Assembly: GCA_964304625.1 (NCBI GenBank)
Contig: OZ199839.1
Span: forward strand, 5,450,898-5,514,897
Length of the DNA stretch: 64,000 nucleotides
DNA from: Kudoa neothunni
Lineage: Eukaryota > Animalia > Cnidaria
Reading direction: 5' to 3'
In this document: positions 50,320-62,964 of the stretch, one piece after another
How the letters are laid out: every line of letters starts with the position of its first letter
How positions within the stretch are numbered: position 1 is the stretch's first letter
The notes under the pieces: model-generated
Told to the model about the DNA's origin: nothing
Database searches by the model: none
The model's input: the letters and a program-made list of their open reading frames with translations, nothing else
Position numbers and translations under genes: made by a program

Positions 50320-53300
50320 ACTATTTAAAAGCCGTCCACATTGCGGCTACCTGTTTGCATGTGTGGGTTAGCACATATAGGGTAGGTCATATGGCGTTCC
50401 ACATAATAGCTACTCCAGACAGGTGCTGACGGTCATATCAATTCTGTGGAAGAGGGGGAAGAGGTAGGGACATTTATTGCGCGAGGTGCGTTTTTATAAC
50501 TCTCAGCGACCCTAGAAGGGTTGTTTGCTGGAGTTATTATAATTTTCGAGGCTATTTCTTTATTATTTTTGAAGATGATTGGAATCCATTCCTACAACAT
50601 TTCAGTGTTACCAAGGCAACCAACAATAATTGGCATGACTTTCACTACGAAGTTAGGTCGATTCCTAGCGATATCGTTAGCTAGTGCTTGGCACTTTTCA
50701 TGCTTTTCCCATGCTCTACTTACAGAGTCCGTCTATACATATACCTATTTCTAGTATGTATATTACCCTCTTGTGTGTTATTTCAAGCGGTAGATCTAGC
50801 CGCCTAGCTTGTATTGTGTTACTTGTCCCGCATATGGGGTCATATTTGATTGATCCTAGTTTCGATTGGATTATTCTAGGGATAGGTCCCCAAGAATTTG
50901 GAACTTGTAAGATATATTTTGAGATATATCTCATGAGGCATTTTGCGACTTCGTCATGCCTCGATTTGTATGTTGACCATGTGTGAACACTGCACATGGC
51001 CAATATATGGGGGATGATCTCACGATCTCTATCACAGAGTCTTCACGTGGGTTTATGGCAACTTGCTTGATTCGGGCCTCGTAATCACGACACTTTAAAA
51101 CGCCATCTTGTGCCGTCATGATAATACATGTTGACCTAGCCGATAGGTTCTCATTTACGAGCCAACTATTTGAAAATTCACCTTTGATATCCTTTTGTTG
51201 AATACCGTGGATGATTTTCTCCCGCCATCTCACAAACTGTTCCTCGTAGAATACTCTTTTCAAGGAATCCGGAGTTGGGATCATCTCTTCAGGAGTGATG
51301 TCTAGCGATTTGCACAACAGCGTGAGCCGTTCCCCCCTAGGGTACGTTTTATCGTTCACCACCTTATTCAGGTTTAGAACGTTCTTGACGAAGTCATCAT
51401 TACTGCCGTACAAATAATTTAATACAGAGACCGAGGTCACCCGAGCAAGATTGCAACTCAGAATACCTAATCCATCATCACATGGCTTTAGCACCATTCT
51501 TTCAATTGCCAGATCCATGTTCCAAGTCCACGCTTTACTCAACACTTTCCTCAACGATCTATCAAAGCGGTGGCATTCAGTCTTCGTTAGAGGCATGACT
51601 TGTATGGCATACCTTATCCTAGCTCCTACCCTACTACTCTATTTTGGGCTTTGACTTTACTCTTCAAATCAAGTGGTGAGTTCAAAATGATCTTGGAGGT
51701 AGTTTCAAGGTCCTCTGTGAAGATTTTGAACGGGATGTCCTTCTTTATGCCAAGGGCAGGGCTTGAGGTGAGCCCAGATATTTGAGGCCAAGTCCCGCCT
51801 AATGCCGGGATTTTGGCGATATCAATCCTCTTACCTCGATGAACTACAATCGTGGCACACTTGGATAGGTTCAGGTCCATCCCATACCCTGTAGCGATCT
51901 TATCTTCCTAATCTACACTAGTATTTAGGGCAGCTAGTGTTTAACTATAGGTTTTAAAATCATCCATATAATATTGATGATTATATGATATATTGATACG
52001 AGTTTCGTAAACTCTGTCCTTTTATTAAGGTAGAGGGATATTGGCGCTATTGCCCAACAAAAGAGAACAGGAGAGAGGCCATCGCCTTGCAACACATCCT
52101 TAGAGTATTTGATAGGGGAACTCTCCTGATTTGTCTGACCTCCGCTAGCCTTATCCCCCTAATTTTGATATCCTGAAACTTAAACCTTGTAATCTCATCG
52201 TCGCAGTGTAGAAAGTTGCAAATAATTTATTAATGTTGGTTTGTGTGTTAACATATGATAATGAACCCTTTCGAGTTCTGCCGGCCCATGGTACCTCCTT
52301 CTCTAAAGGATATGTTTCCATATATTATATGTGCCTTCGACAGTTCTAACCACAACCAACTCGCATTATTGCTTCTGCTTTTAAATGTAACCTATGCTGC
52401 CTCATCTGTCTCCTCTGCAGCTTTTGCCCCACGTCTCCCAGCTGCTAGTGTTTGCTCTTGGACCACGATTCTCTCTCTTCATTGTTCTGATGTGGGTTGG
52501 AGCTCCATCGCTTCAACGCCGGCTCGGTGAGATATATTTTGTTGAGATCACTGGACCTTGGTAGCGTAGCATAAATTAAGGCAGTGCATTTCTCAGAAAT
52601 CGCTCTTGCTATTGACGTGTTTGCCACTTTCGCCATGGTCAAAAAAGAGTTCCTTTCACCCAACCTCGAGCCTTTTAATAAGACCTTGTTGAGAATCCAA
52701 ATTCATACAAACAGTTAATAAACTTTTCATTTCTAAACTTTGTGTGATGAAGTTAATTTTTATCTCATGTAGTCTTCTAGTCTTCCGTCGGCAGCTGATA
52801 CGTTTAGACTGATGTCAGTCCGACTTTTCATCATAGTTAACAAGCCCTTCAGCCTCTGAGATTGGCTGTATCTCAGATATAAAATTATCGGCGATATTTA
52901 TAGTCGTCCCTAGAGACCGCTAACTCACCCATCCTTCGGCTCCTATAAAGGGAGTTCCCTGCAAAAAGAAGAGACTGCACCGAGAGTCACATCACCACTT
53001 GGGACGATATACACTCTTTTTGGAGAACTTACCTCACTACATTATCAGCTAGGTACCCATCCCTGACGGATTTGTATCAACCACTCATGATCGGCAGCCT
53101 CGCGTACCGTTCCCGACAGATTCCGACCTCACGCTCCTATGGGTTTTGTCTTCTCTTTTTTTTCGATTTTTAAATAGGATTGCCTTCCGGCTTATGGCCG
53201 GCAGAAATAGATTTATGACTTTTACTAAATTGTGAAATTCGGCCACATTGGGCTGTTCTCTAGGACCCCTATCGAGTATCGAGACTAAAGGATGGCTAAT

Positions 53301-53790
53301 CGTTGACCTAACGAACAGGAAAGTTTAGCTACCGGAAGTCTCCTGAAGTGTAATTAATTAAATTACGTTTTAAACAAAGATGCAACCTCGATGGATTTAT
53401 TTCTTTAGTCATGCACGCCCTTAGCGTACGAACTGAACCTACCGACGTATGTTGTAGCTTTTCTATGGTGATCTCGATGTCTCCTTTTATTATTAATGAA
53501 CTCTGGATCACGTATATGTATACTAACAATCCAGGAACAGGGTTTAATCCCATTAACCCCCATTATGTGAGAGTTACAAAAAGGAAAAAAAACTAATCCG
53601 ATGTATATCGCCAACCTTATCCCCTAAATTTAGGACAATTCTGCGGTTCAGGCGCTACATGCAGTTACCGTTGGACGCCAGCCAACTCCGAAGCGCACAA
53701 CGACCCATGCGGATTTCGACCTTGCGTACCGTACATAAACGACTGAAGATTGAGACTGATGAATCAACCACTCCGAAAACAGATTACCTT
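50320..53790 (-). mobile_element. R4/Dong-like non-LTR retrotransposon (RT + restriction-like endonuclease), degenerate
   Basis: QGDGLSPVLFCWAIAPIS, NHQYYMDDFK, GMDLNLSKCA, AQDGVL..RDY, RHDEVAK, IQARRLDL (PD-like) and ILEIGIC. It has multiple frameshifts and an internal RT deletion; the ends are approximate. Confidence 0.88.
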
Positions 53791-54699
53791 GAGCGGAAAC
53801 ATTAAATTTTTTATTTATATATCTTAGTAGGAAATATCTTGTTGATGGTTCATATTTTTTATACCGAAGACCCTTCTATAATGAATTATTTATCATTATA
53901 AAAAAGTGCTAAAGATACGAAACGTGATAGTTGCATCGTTATAATGTATTACCGATCGATAACTTTTTGCTATTCATTGATAATTATATCTTTCACTTAT
54001 TTTAATAAATATTGTCTGCAAATGTTTTGTCTTAAACGCCATCTACAATTCAGTCCAAATAGAATTGTGTAAAATGATATCGTTGTCTCATTAATCATTT
54101 GGTACATGCGATTTTCAGAATAATTACCTTACGTTAGATAAATATAGATATATATATATATCTATGTTAATTGACTCAATACGGTTTCATAATAGTTTTT
54201 CAGAAACTATTAGGGAGAAATGTAGCGTATATTATTTAAAACACAGTATTATATTTTATTCTGTAAAACACTTATAGCACGGTAACGTCTTGTATTTTAT
54301 CACTTATAAGTATTTAAAAATGTCACGTAACCAATTTAAGAATTATGTTATATGAGCTGAAGAGTTATTGTTTGTTATTAGTGTAGTTAGTCATGTTAAT
54401 TGAGTTGACTTGCTTCAATATATTCGTAGATAATTTCAACTTAACTTATTTGAGTATACTTAACTCTGTCATAAAAAAATGCATTGTTATAAATAGAATT
54501 TTCTGCAGAGCATTTTTGACACAAAAGTTCATATATGGTAATGCTACAATATAGACTACATTTGAACGGGAAAATTAATGATTAATCGATACACAACCTG
54601 TTCATTACACAAGCTAAAATTATCATGAGCATTGAACAAATATTGTTCATTCCATGTATCTATAGATAGCTGTTTGATCATTCCCATGAATTTATCATG

Positions 54700-55550
54700 G
54701 GATCTCTTCTTAAATATTTCTTTCGAAATAGAAATTCATCGAAATGCCTATTATAATATTAGAGATATTTTTGTAATGAGTCTAGTTATTAAACCAAATA
54801 CGTTTTGGAGAGACTTCATGTACCATCGTGAGGCAAACTTATCGTAAGTTGATGCCATGTTTACTAAGGTTGGCGTAGGTCTTCCATTTATCGGATACAA
54901 TTGTAGTACCTAATCAAAATCGATTTAATTATTTCATTGTTATCTTGCTCCATAATTTGTAATATAAGTGGTAGCAAAATGGCTTCATTTCTATTCTCCA
55001 CAATGTAGAAGAACATTTTGGTTGTTCCTCTTTCAATGCCGACAAACACCCACACACCATCGACCAGTCTTCCTTTGTGGTTCTTTCTTTTTCCTATCTT
55101 CGTTTCGTCTATCTCGACGATTTTACCCTCTACTGGTTTGATTTAAATGTAAAACATAATTAGAGGTATACTACCAAGTTTTTCATTGTTGCGCATAAGC
55201 ACATTGTAACATGTGCCGAAATTCTTCCAGCCATTTCTATAAGGTTTTATTACATTTTATATATATGTCGATATCCAATCTCTCATATAAGGCTCTATAC
55301 ACCTAATCAAAAATAAGGTTTAGAATGACTTAAAGGAAGTAAAATTTATTTAAACTAAAAGAATAAATTAATAACTCGTATTTTGAGATTCGAGTCTTCA
55401 AATATCGAACCTATTCTGATAGATATTTTCTTCCCACAACCTAGATTCAGATACCTCTATCGATATTTATCGGTTTTCAAGGAGGAGCTCTTCGATATTA
55501 TCATATTCAGTTTTCACTGTTGACAAAGTTTTCTATCTATAATAAGCTTA
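54700..55550 (-). pseudogene. Merlin transposase remnant (different subfamily)
   Basis: Minus strand VEGKIVEIDETKIGKRKNHKGRLVDGVWVFVGIERGT..VENRNEAILLPLI and SDKWKTYANL. Confidence 0.88.
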
Positions 55551-55557
55551 TTATTAA

Positions 55558-55588
55558 CTAGCGCTAATTCACAGCGTTGCCTTGCACT
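55558..55588 (-). mobile_element. Degenerate Helitron-like 3' end
   Basis: Reverse complement gcaaggcaacgctgtgaattagcgCTAG|t, a paralogue of the end at 55837. Confidence 0.45.
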
Positions 55589-55836
55589 GTGATGGATATT
55601 TTTAACTTGTAGGTTTATTTCTGAATGTAGAAATTATACGGAAGGTTTAATCGAAATAGCAACTTAAACCATATATCTTTTATTTTTCTCTTTTAATTGT
55701 TGCATTTTAAAGCTTGTAAATATTTTTGCGATGTGATGATTTAGATAAACCAAATTATATCCGCTCTTTCTATTTGAATATGAATAGAGTTATTGAGGGA
55801 AATTAATGAGTATGTTCGAGTTAATTTTATAAATTA

Positions 55837-55866
55837 CTAGCGCGAAAACCCGGCGTTGCCCAGGAG
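55837..55866 (-). mobile_element. Helitron 3' terminus (hairpin + CTAG|T)
   Basis: Reverse complement cctgggcaacgccggg-ttttcgcg-CTAG|t: a GC hairpin 8 nt before CTAG. Confidence 0.65.
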
Positions 55867-56449
55867 AGGGCTAATTCATTATTATAGAAAGACCTATAAA
55901 ATGTAAACTATAGTAATCGTTTCAAAAAATAAAATAATGCGATGATCAGTAAAAGAATTTGCTGAATTTCCAACGGTTTCACGACTATCTTAAATATATT
56001 ACAGGTTTCAAACATCAAAAAAATACTCAGCTACGACGGAGTAATCATTTCATTTGTTGTAATTAAATTTAGTAAAAATAATAGTTATTTTAATCTAATT
56101 GAAACAAGAATCTATTATGCAAAAAGAAAAATTTTGTTGCGCCATAAAATAACGGTTAAATGCCACACAATAGTAAAAAGTTATATTGTAGAAAGAAATT
56201 TTGGATGATTATGCAGAATCATTCATCCTAAAATATAATATATAGGTTGTGTAAAAGTAGAAATGTCAACCATATGGACCTCGTTTTGTGGTGGGAAAAA
56301 ACTTTTATTTTTTGGTGTAAGCATCAGAGGAGCTCATGTAATTGTGAAATATAAATTGAATGTGTTGCAAACAAATAATGGCCGGCAGTTTTCGGTTTGG
56401 TATTTTAGTAAAATAAATAGGAGTAGGAAGATGTGATTCTGATAGAATT

Positions 56450-57290
56450 CAGACGTAGGACAAAGAAAAGAGGAGAGAAGAGAGACATAGCCAACATTAT
56501 TAAAAAAACGCCAACCGAACGTTGGAATAGGAAGGGCACGGATAGAAATAAATAGCCAACACCAATGAACGAAACGCTCCTAATAAGCCTAGAATGGTGA
56601 GCAACAGAGAAAAACAAATAATGTATTCCCGTCTCATTCAATCGCTCCCGATACACCAAAGACCAAACAACAAAAAGTTAACGTTAATGCACAGCACAGA
56701 CAATTTTAACACACCCAGTGTTCCAAAAACCAAGCAACATGAAGAAAACAACATGGCACGAACAACTTTCATGCACCCAAGAATCTAAAAAGTAAATATA
56801 TGTTAGTACAAATTTCAAAACCATGAAGAATCAAGTTTACATTCGAAGACAGATACGCCTAAAATTGATGTTACCCAACATTGAGGAGAAAACGATTTGG
56901 AACACAATCGTTTCGAAACACAAAAGAATGGAACCAACAACATTAACAACCGCGATTGGACCTCAACCACACACCACCAATATCAACACCAACCAGGTAC
57001 AACAACATCAACAGCCATCGCAATACATCAGTGGCACACAAATGTTACTTCACTATGCACACTTTCAACTTCCAATATGCCATATGGAAAATACACTCCA
57101 GCATACCACCACGACATCCATAAGGCAAATGAAACACAACAAACACATCCGTCAAACAAATCATCACATCAAGCACGCGTTTCATCGTCCAAAACACCGA
57201 GTGGTATACCAATACAAATACGCACACACATCAAACGTTACCCACTCGACATTTTTTAATTACACGAACACACATAGACTTGTTTAGCCA
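56450..57290 (+). pseudogene. A/C-rich retroelement relic, possibly a Penelope-like RT thumb / GIY-YIG region
   Basis: Strong A/C strand skew. Ordered weak echoes of Penelope motifs: IHQRPNN (VYRKPT), TFMHPR (HRA), MPYGK (LPY.G) and RPKHRVVYQY (RPK..GVVY). Confidence 0.3.
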
Positions 57291-59587
57291 CACGTCAATC
57301 GATATCTCAGCGTAATTTCCGTATGGCAAATAGGAGGAGAGTAAAAAAACCGAAAATTGAGAAATTTAAATATAATCACAATTTTATGCCTAGCTAATTC
57401 AATGATATTGTTTCTTGGTTTTGGCTGTTAATATCAAATAATACACTCTATAATTTATAAGCATTAATGAATTATAACAAATTGGGAAGATTGTCGCGTA
57501 CAAAAACTTTGTGATAAGGATTCAGAGCATAAAATATATCATTACATAACAATAGATATGACATTATAATAATTCAATAAAGAAAATCCATTTCTTAAAA
57601 TTAAGTTTTCAATACATTCATTAGTATACACTTATATCGTCTCACAAATCTCCCAGTTTTAATGAATAAATGCATACATAATTACTTATTATTCGCGTAG
57701 ATAGATCAGACATTACCTGTTTTGTCTTGAAAAATTATTGATTGAGTGATTCGGAAATTAATACCGCAAAACCAATAGAGGGATCATTGCCAAGTTGAGA
57801 TACACAATTCTTCAATTTGTTCCGCTGAGATAACTCAGAAGGGGTGAATGGTAAAATGGGAAATGTTTATAACAAAATCTTGGATTCAAATTTCGGGAAA
57901 AGTCGCAATGTTGTGTCAGGTATAGCAGAATTCACCCACCCCTTAGCCTATTCGCTTGCTTATTAGTAAATGATTTAAAATAATTTTTTAGAAATTTCTC
58001 GATCCACAGTTTAAATATCGTACAAGTGAAAAGTTTTACTTGAAATATGTTTCAAATATAACTCATGTTTCAATTGCGTCATGTTTGAACTAAATAGTAA
58101 TTAAAGCAGTATCATCAATTATCATACAGTGGTTTGATAAGATTAGAAGTCTCCATCACTGAGAGGTTATTTCAGGTTGAAAGTGTCGGTGGTCACGTTT
58201 GAGATTAAATAAAAACTCTGCTTATGATTACGTATTAAATCATTTAAGAATTGACATCATTATAGACTAAGTTAGTGTTTTCCAAGGTGGGACCCTCGCC
58301 CCACTGGTGAGAAATGAAAAAATTTTGGTTGGGCATGGAAATTTTTAATGTTCAGTGAATCGTTCTGGCGGACGAGGAAAATCCTGAGTATTGATATAGA
58401 ACGGATAATGAGATAATTGGGAAATATGTCGGCGTACTTTGAAATCAGTATCGCTAATTAAGTGACGATTAACATCACAAAAAATTTTGGGAAAAAATAG
58501 GGCACGATATAAAAAGGGTTGGAATCACTGGATTAAGTAATATATGATCCTTACTGTGGAAGTAAACCATTATCAAAAATTCTTCAATTTCTATGGAACT
58601 TTTAAGAATAATACGTAAAACGGCTCTCAGTGTTTTTGACAGCTGTTTTGTAGTCTTGGAGTTCTTGTTACATATGGATGGATCTTCGTAAAATAAATCG
58701 TCACTTGCTTGAACATTTGTCATCATCGTAAACAATGTATCATGCATGTTTACATGTATACGAATTTAAATTACGAATAATTATGAAAGTTTTTTAGGGA
58801 AATTAAAAGAAATATGTAACATCAGTAATTCTATTAGTTTTAAAAACAAAATAAGCTTAAAATCTCAATTAATATTTAAAAATATAGAATACATCAAATT
58901 TTATTTATAATTTTGTATGATACACAAAATAAAACAATTCTTTTTTATTCACGGCGATGCAAAACAAAAATCAAAACGGGAATTTTACAAACATTTTGAA
59001 TTAAGTAAAATTGAGAATTTTCATCGTAGAAACACACTGTCTTATTCTTGTGATTTCATTTTCTGACTTTGATAAGATGACTTTTCTTGTTATACCGTAT
59101 CGATTCTTGATGGGAAAATAGTAAACAACGATACTTTTTTTCAAAGTTACAATTTGAATAAGTTGTGACTATAATTAAAAATTAATAGAGATAAAATTTA
59201 TGTTAAGTCCCACAAATAGTTAACGATAATATTAAGTCCACTAATTTAAAATTAATGTTCAGAAAATAAAACTTTTTTTATGTTAATGATGGTTAGATCC
59301 TTAAATGCATAATATGAAGAATTGACTAATTTGTTTTTACTGCGCAAAAAACCTCACTATTAATTTTTTTGTCTGGTCTCAAAATAGCGCCGCCGAGCGG
59401 CTACGATTATATGTTTGTTTTTATATGTTATTATTTCGTGGCTCCGATCACGACATAATTAGTCTAAGGATATACTTCAAAAATAGTAAGTTATCAAACG
59501 TTGATATGCCGTTTTTCTCTAACTTGAAGTTTGAATCATGTGACAATCAATTTTTTATAAATTTAAGCTTAAAATGTTTCATTATAA

Positions 59588-60282
59588 TCTACTATAAAAG
59601 CAAACCGGCGGTAATACGTGTGTGTACGCATTTTTCACTTTATAGAGAGACACCGCTCCATTTGAGCACATATATATGGAAAGATAAAACTTTGTTTACA
59701 CAGAAAAATACGTAAAAAATTATAAAAGGTTTGCATCTTGCAAAATGACTAAAAACATTTCCACGTGGTATGATTGGTTTGATTTGATGATTTATGCAAA
59801 CATATGGATCATTTTGTTAAAGTATTAACAAGTTAATTTTAAACACGTACCGTAATGTTCATTTTATTTTACAATTATTGAAAAGTAATTTAGTAATTGA
59901 AATAGTTCACACAAGAAAGGTAATATTAGGTTATGTATCCAAGCATTAATATGGAATTCATTGGTTGATGTTTAACAAGATTAGTCCACTTCATATGGTA
60001 TGATTTAGAGATTATTGTGAACAACAAGGAGAACATAGATTTTTAGGTGCTCTGAAGAGGAAATTTAAACGCTCAGTAGTGTTTATTCGTTTTTAAAAAT
60101 ATTGAATAAGGTTCATGCGTCCAATTAGTTAAATAAATCAACCTTTGATTAGGTAATCTTTGTACTATTTATCTAAATACTCTTAATTTACTTTGAACCT
60201 CAAATAACCTTGGCCTACTCAAGCCATTAGCCTGCATGGTGGAAAAGGAAACCCAAACAAAGGGGGAGGGCTTTTGTGCTAG
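59588..60282 (+). mobile_element. Non-autonomous Helitron-like element (~695 bp)
   Basis: a|TCTACTATA ... gtgCTAG|t, inserted between A and T with no TSD. A second copy lies at 5770-6364. The 3' hairpin is degenerate. Confidence 0.75.
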
Positions 60283-60479
60283 TTATGCATATTAAAACAA
60301 ATCATTATTCCTCCTATATTTAATAATTTATTGGATTACGATAAATAGATCAATGATTTGTTTAATTTATAGAATGATAATTTTAGACGATTAGAGAATT
60401 ATTTTAATAACACCATTATTAAAATATTAGCGTAAATATTTTTAATTTAATCACTGATTCGTACGAACTCAAGTGTGGA

Positions 60480-60960
60480 ACCCCTATTTAGAGCATAGTA
60501 TTAAAAATCTTCAATGGAGAATGTTACACTCGCAGCTGGTGCCGAGTCAAAAGCCATTTATTTAACACAACCGAGAGGTCACGATATATATCGCCGCTAA
60601 TATACAATGGATTATTAGTCAATGTCTAATGTTAATATTGAGATGGATTAGTAACAGAAAATTTGGTATAACCCGAATTTGAAAATATAAAAAATATTTC
60701 CATGAGGCAACAAAAAAATTACAGACTAAAAAATCAAGTAATAATCAATTGACGTAAAAATGAAAGAACCAAATAGTAAAGTGGCAGAAATAAAATTAGG
60801 ACGAAGGATTCTGAGGGATTGGCGGGGAAGAAATTTAGCTTTTAAAATTGGAGAAGAAGTCGTTAACGAAGAGCAAAAGAATTTAACTCTCTTTTTAATA
60901 ATGCTTGCAATAATCAGAAATGGGATCATAAGACGAATAAGGACGATGTCATACAGATAA
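60480..60960 (+). pseudogene. Highly decayed Ty3/Gypsy integrase C-terminal remnant
   Basis: NTTERSRYISPLIYNG (YNTT.HS...SP..G-like) followed by FKIGEEV (FKxGDxV-like). Confidence 0.4.
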
Positions 60961-62249
60961 AATAAGGGAGATAATTTGTGTGTATTTTGGTAATCACTAA
61001 AATGACGAATATAATAATATTAATAGGAGGGAGAAAACACTCACCAATATTCAATATTCATGAATAAAAACCCATATTCTACAGTTGTTTAATTCATACA
61101 TAACAATATCCCTCAATCCCACTGATGGTAAATACGAAATTTTAGAAATGAAAGAGGTATTATGGTTCTTGAAGTGTATCAAATATCAACATCTTCAAAA
61201 CAACAATATCAATATCAATTAGATGGTACGGTAATGAGGAATGTGTAGCTCCCATTTCTCACCCTCTTGAGCATACGCGACAATCCCGATTTTATTTCAA
61301 ATAAATTATTCACTATTTTTAACTTTCGGCCGAATAACAATTAGCTTCATGATTCTCTCCTAAAAATTTTTCTAAAGTTCACGTTCAGTTTTAATCGGTG
61401 CGTGTGCACGCGAATGAGAAAGGTAATTTTGTTCTATTTTCATATGAATTTAACATATTAACCATGATTAAGCGTGGTTTTCCTTGTTTTAAATTTATTA
61501 TGAATTGTTGGAACTAGGCGAAAACTGAAAATAGCTGTTTATAATTGCACGAAATAACTAAAGTATATTAATTTCGTCCGCCAAGGTTTCCTGGCATCCT
61601 GCTTTTGAATGTCGTTTATCAAATATTTTTAGTTTGTATATTTTTTTATTCCAATTCAATTTTAAAATAAGCTAATCCATAAATATATCACATGTATTGT
61701 TAATATTCTTTCAAAAACATGAACAAAGAATTAATTCACCTAAACTTTTAATGTTGTAGATGAAATCTATAATTTTGCAATTTTATACAGTTTTTTTAAA
61801 TTTTTGATAAAGTCGGGAATTTGTAAGATTATTATAAGGTAACTCTTTATGTTTTATTCGATAAAGTTTATTACAACAATATTTTTCTTGTATATTCAAA
61901 AATGGTAGAAATGTGTATTTTTAATTTTATCATTTTAATTCTATATAACAATTATATTTTGTGATTTCATTTATAGTTTTTAGTTTTCTACATTAAAAAC
62001 ATTACTTTAGATAGATTAAAATTTGTACTTCATATATTATTACATTCTTATGAGGTTAAAAAGCTAATATTACAATAATCAATGATTCCGCTTAAAAGTA
62101 ATTAAAGAATGTAGAGGAGATTATAAAACTCAAGTTAAATATTAGATTTATTTTCAATTTAACATTGCGCATGGAATAAGAAACAAATTTATAAGAACAA
62201 AAAATGGAATTATTATTCAATTAATTCTAAGAGATAGGCTAGAGCGTAT

Positions 62250-62955
62250 TTATCGAATTTAAAATAAAATAGAATAATTTCCATTTATTGCTGAACTTCG
62301 ATCGCATCCATTCTTCGTGAAGATATGAATCAGTGTAGGCTCTGGGGACACCACTCATCCGTCATAATAATTTGGTCTTAAGATGATGCCACACAACTTC
62401 CTCAGTATTTGTGTGGTAACCTTCTCTTGTGACGTATTCCTTGGAATGGTTAACATTTATATGGGTAAATCCATACATTCCAGGGGTTTGATATGCTTTC
62501 CATTTATCAGTAAAGCTAGTGGAACCAAGCTCAACTTCTTGACGTATTAATGATATCAACGTACTCGCATCCCATCTTTGAACAATAAAAAATCTGGTTT
62601 CTAATAGACTTCTTTTGTTTTCATTATCGACGGAGCATTCGTATATCCCGATCACCCAAGGCCCTTCGGCACGATTATTATAGAGCTAAACAATGTAGGA
62701 ATTTTCACCACTTTCGATTCCGCCATTTTCCAATTCAGATGGAATATAGGTTTCATTAAAGGCGCTTCTCCACCAGTCATATACCAAATATCGCCCACAA
62801 TTATTTTTTCACTCCACCATAGTAGACTCGTCAATTTCGATAAGTTTTTGAGGGCCACCAAATTTTGAACGCAAAATGAAACGATTCGGTTGAAATCATC
62901 CGAAATTCGGAAAACCGATATATAACTGTTGTTAATGACACCATTAACACTCATT
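62250..62955 (-). pseudogene. Merlin transposase remnant, same subfamily as 835-1604
   Basis: FGGPQKLIEIDES, YNNRAEGPWVIGIYECSVDNENKRSLLETRFFIV, FTDKWKAY and HINVNHSKEYVTREGYHTNTEEVVW. Confidence 0.92.
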
Positions 62956-62964
62956 TTATAAACT

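Noticed and set aside
53755-53782. Hammerhead ribozyme (ctgatga...gaaa)
   Set aside because: No stem II pairing between the core motifs and no supporting stems I/III.
56450-57290. Mitochondrial insertion (NUMT) suggested by strand skew
   Set aside because: No recognisable mitochondrial protein, rRNA or tRNA motifs in the frames examined.
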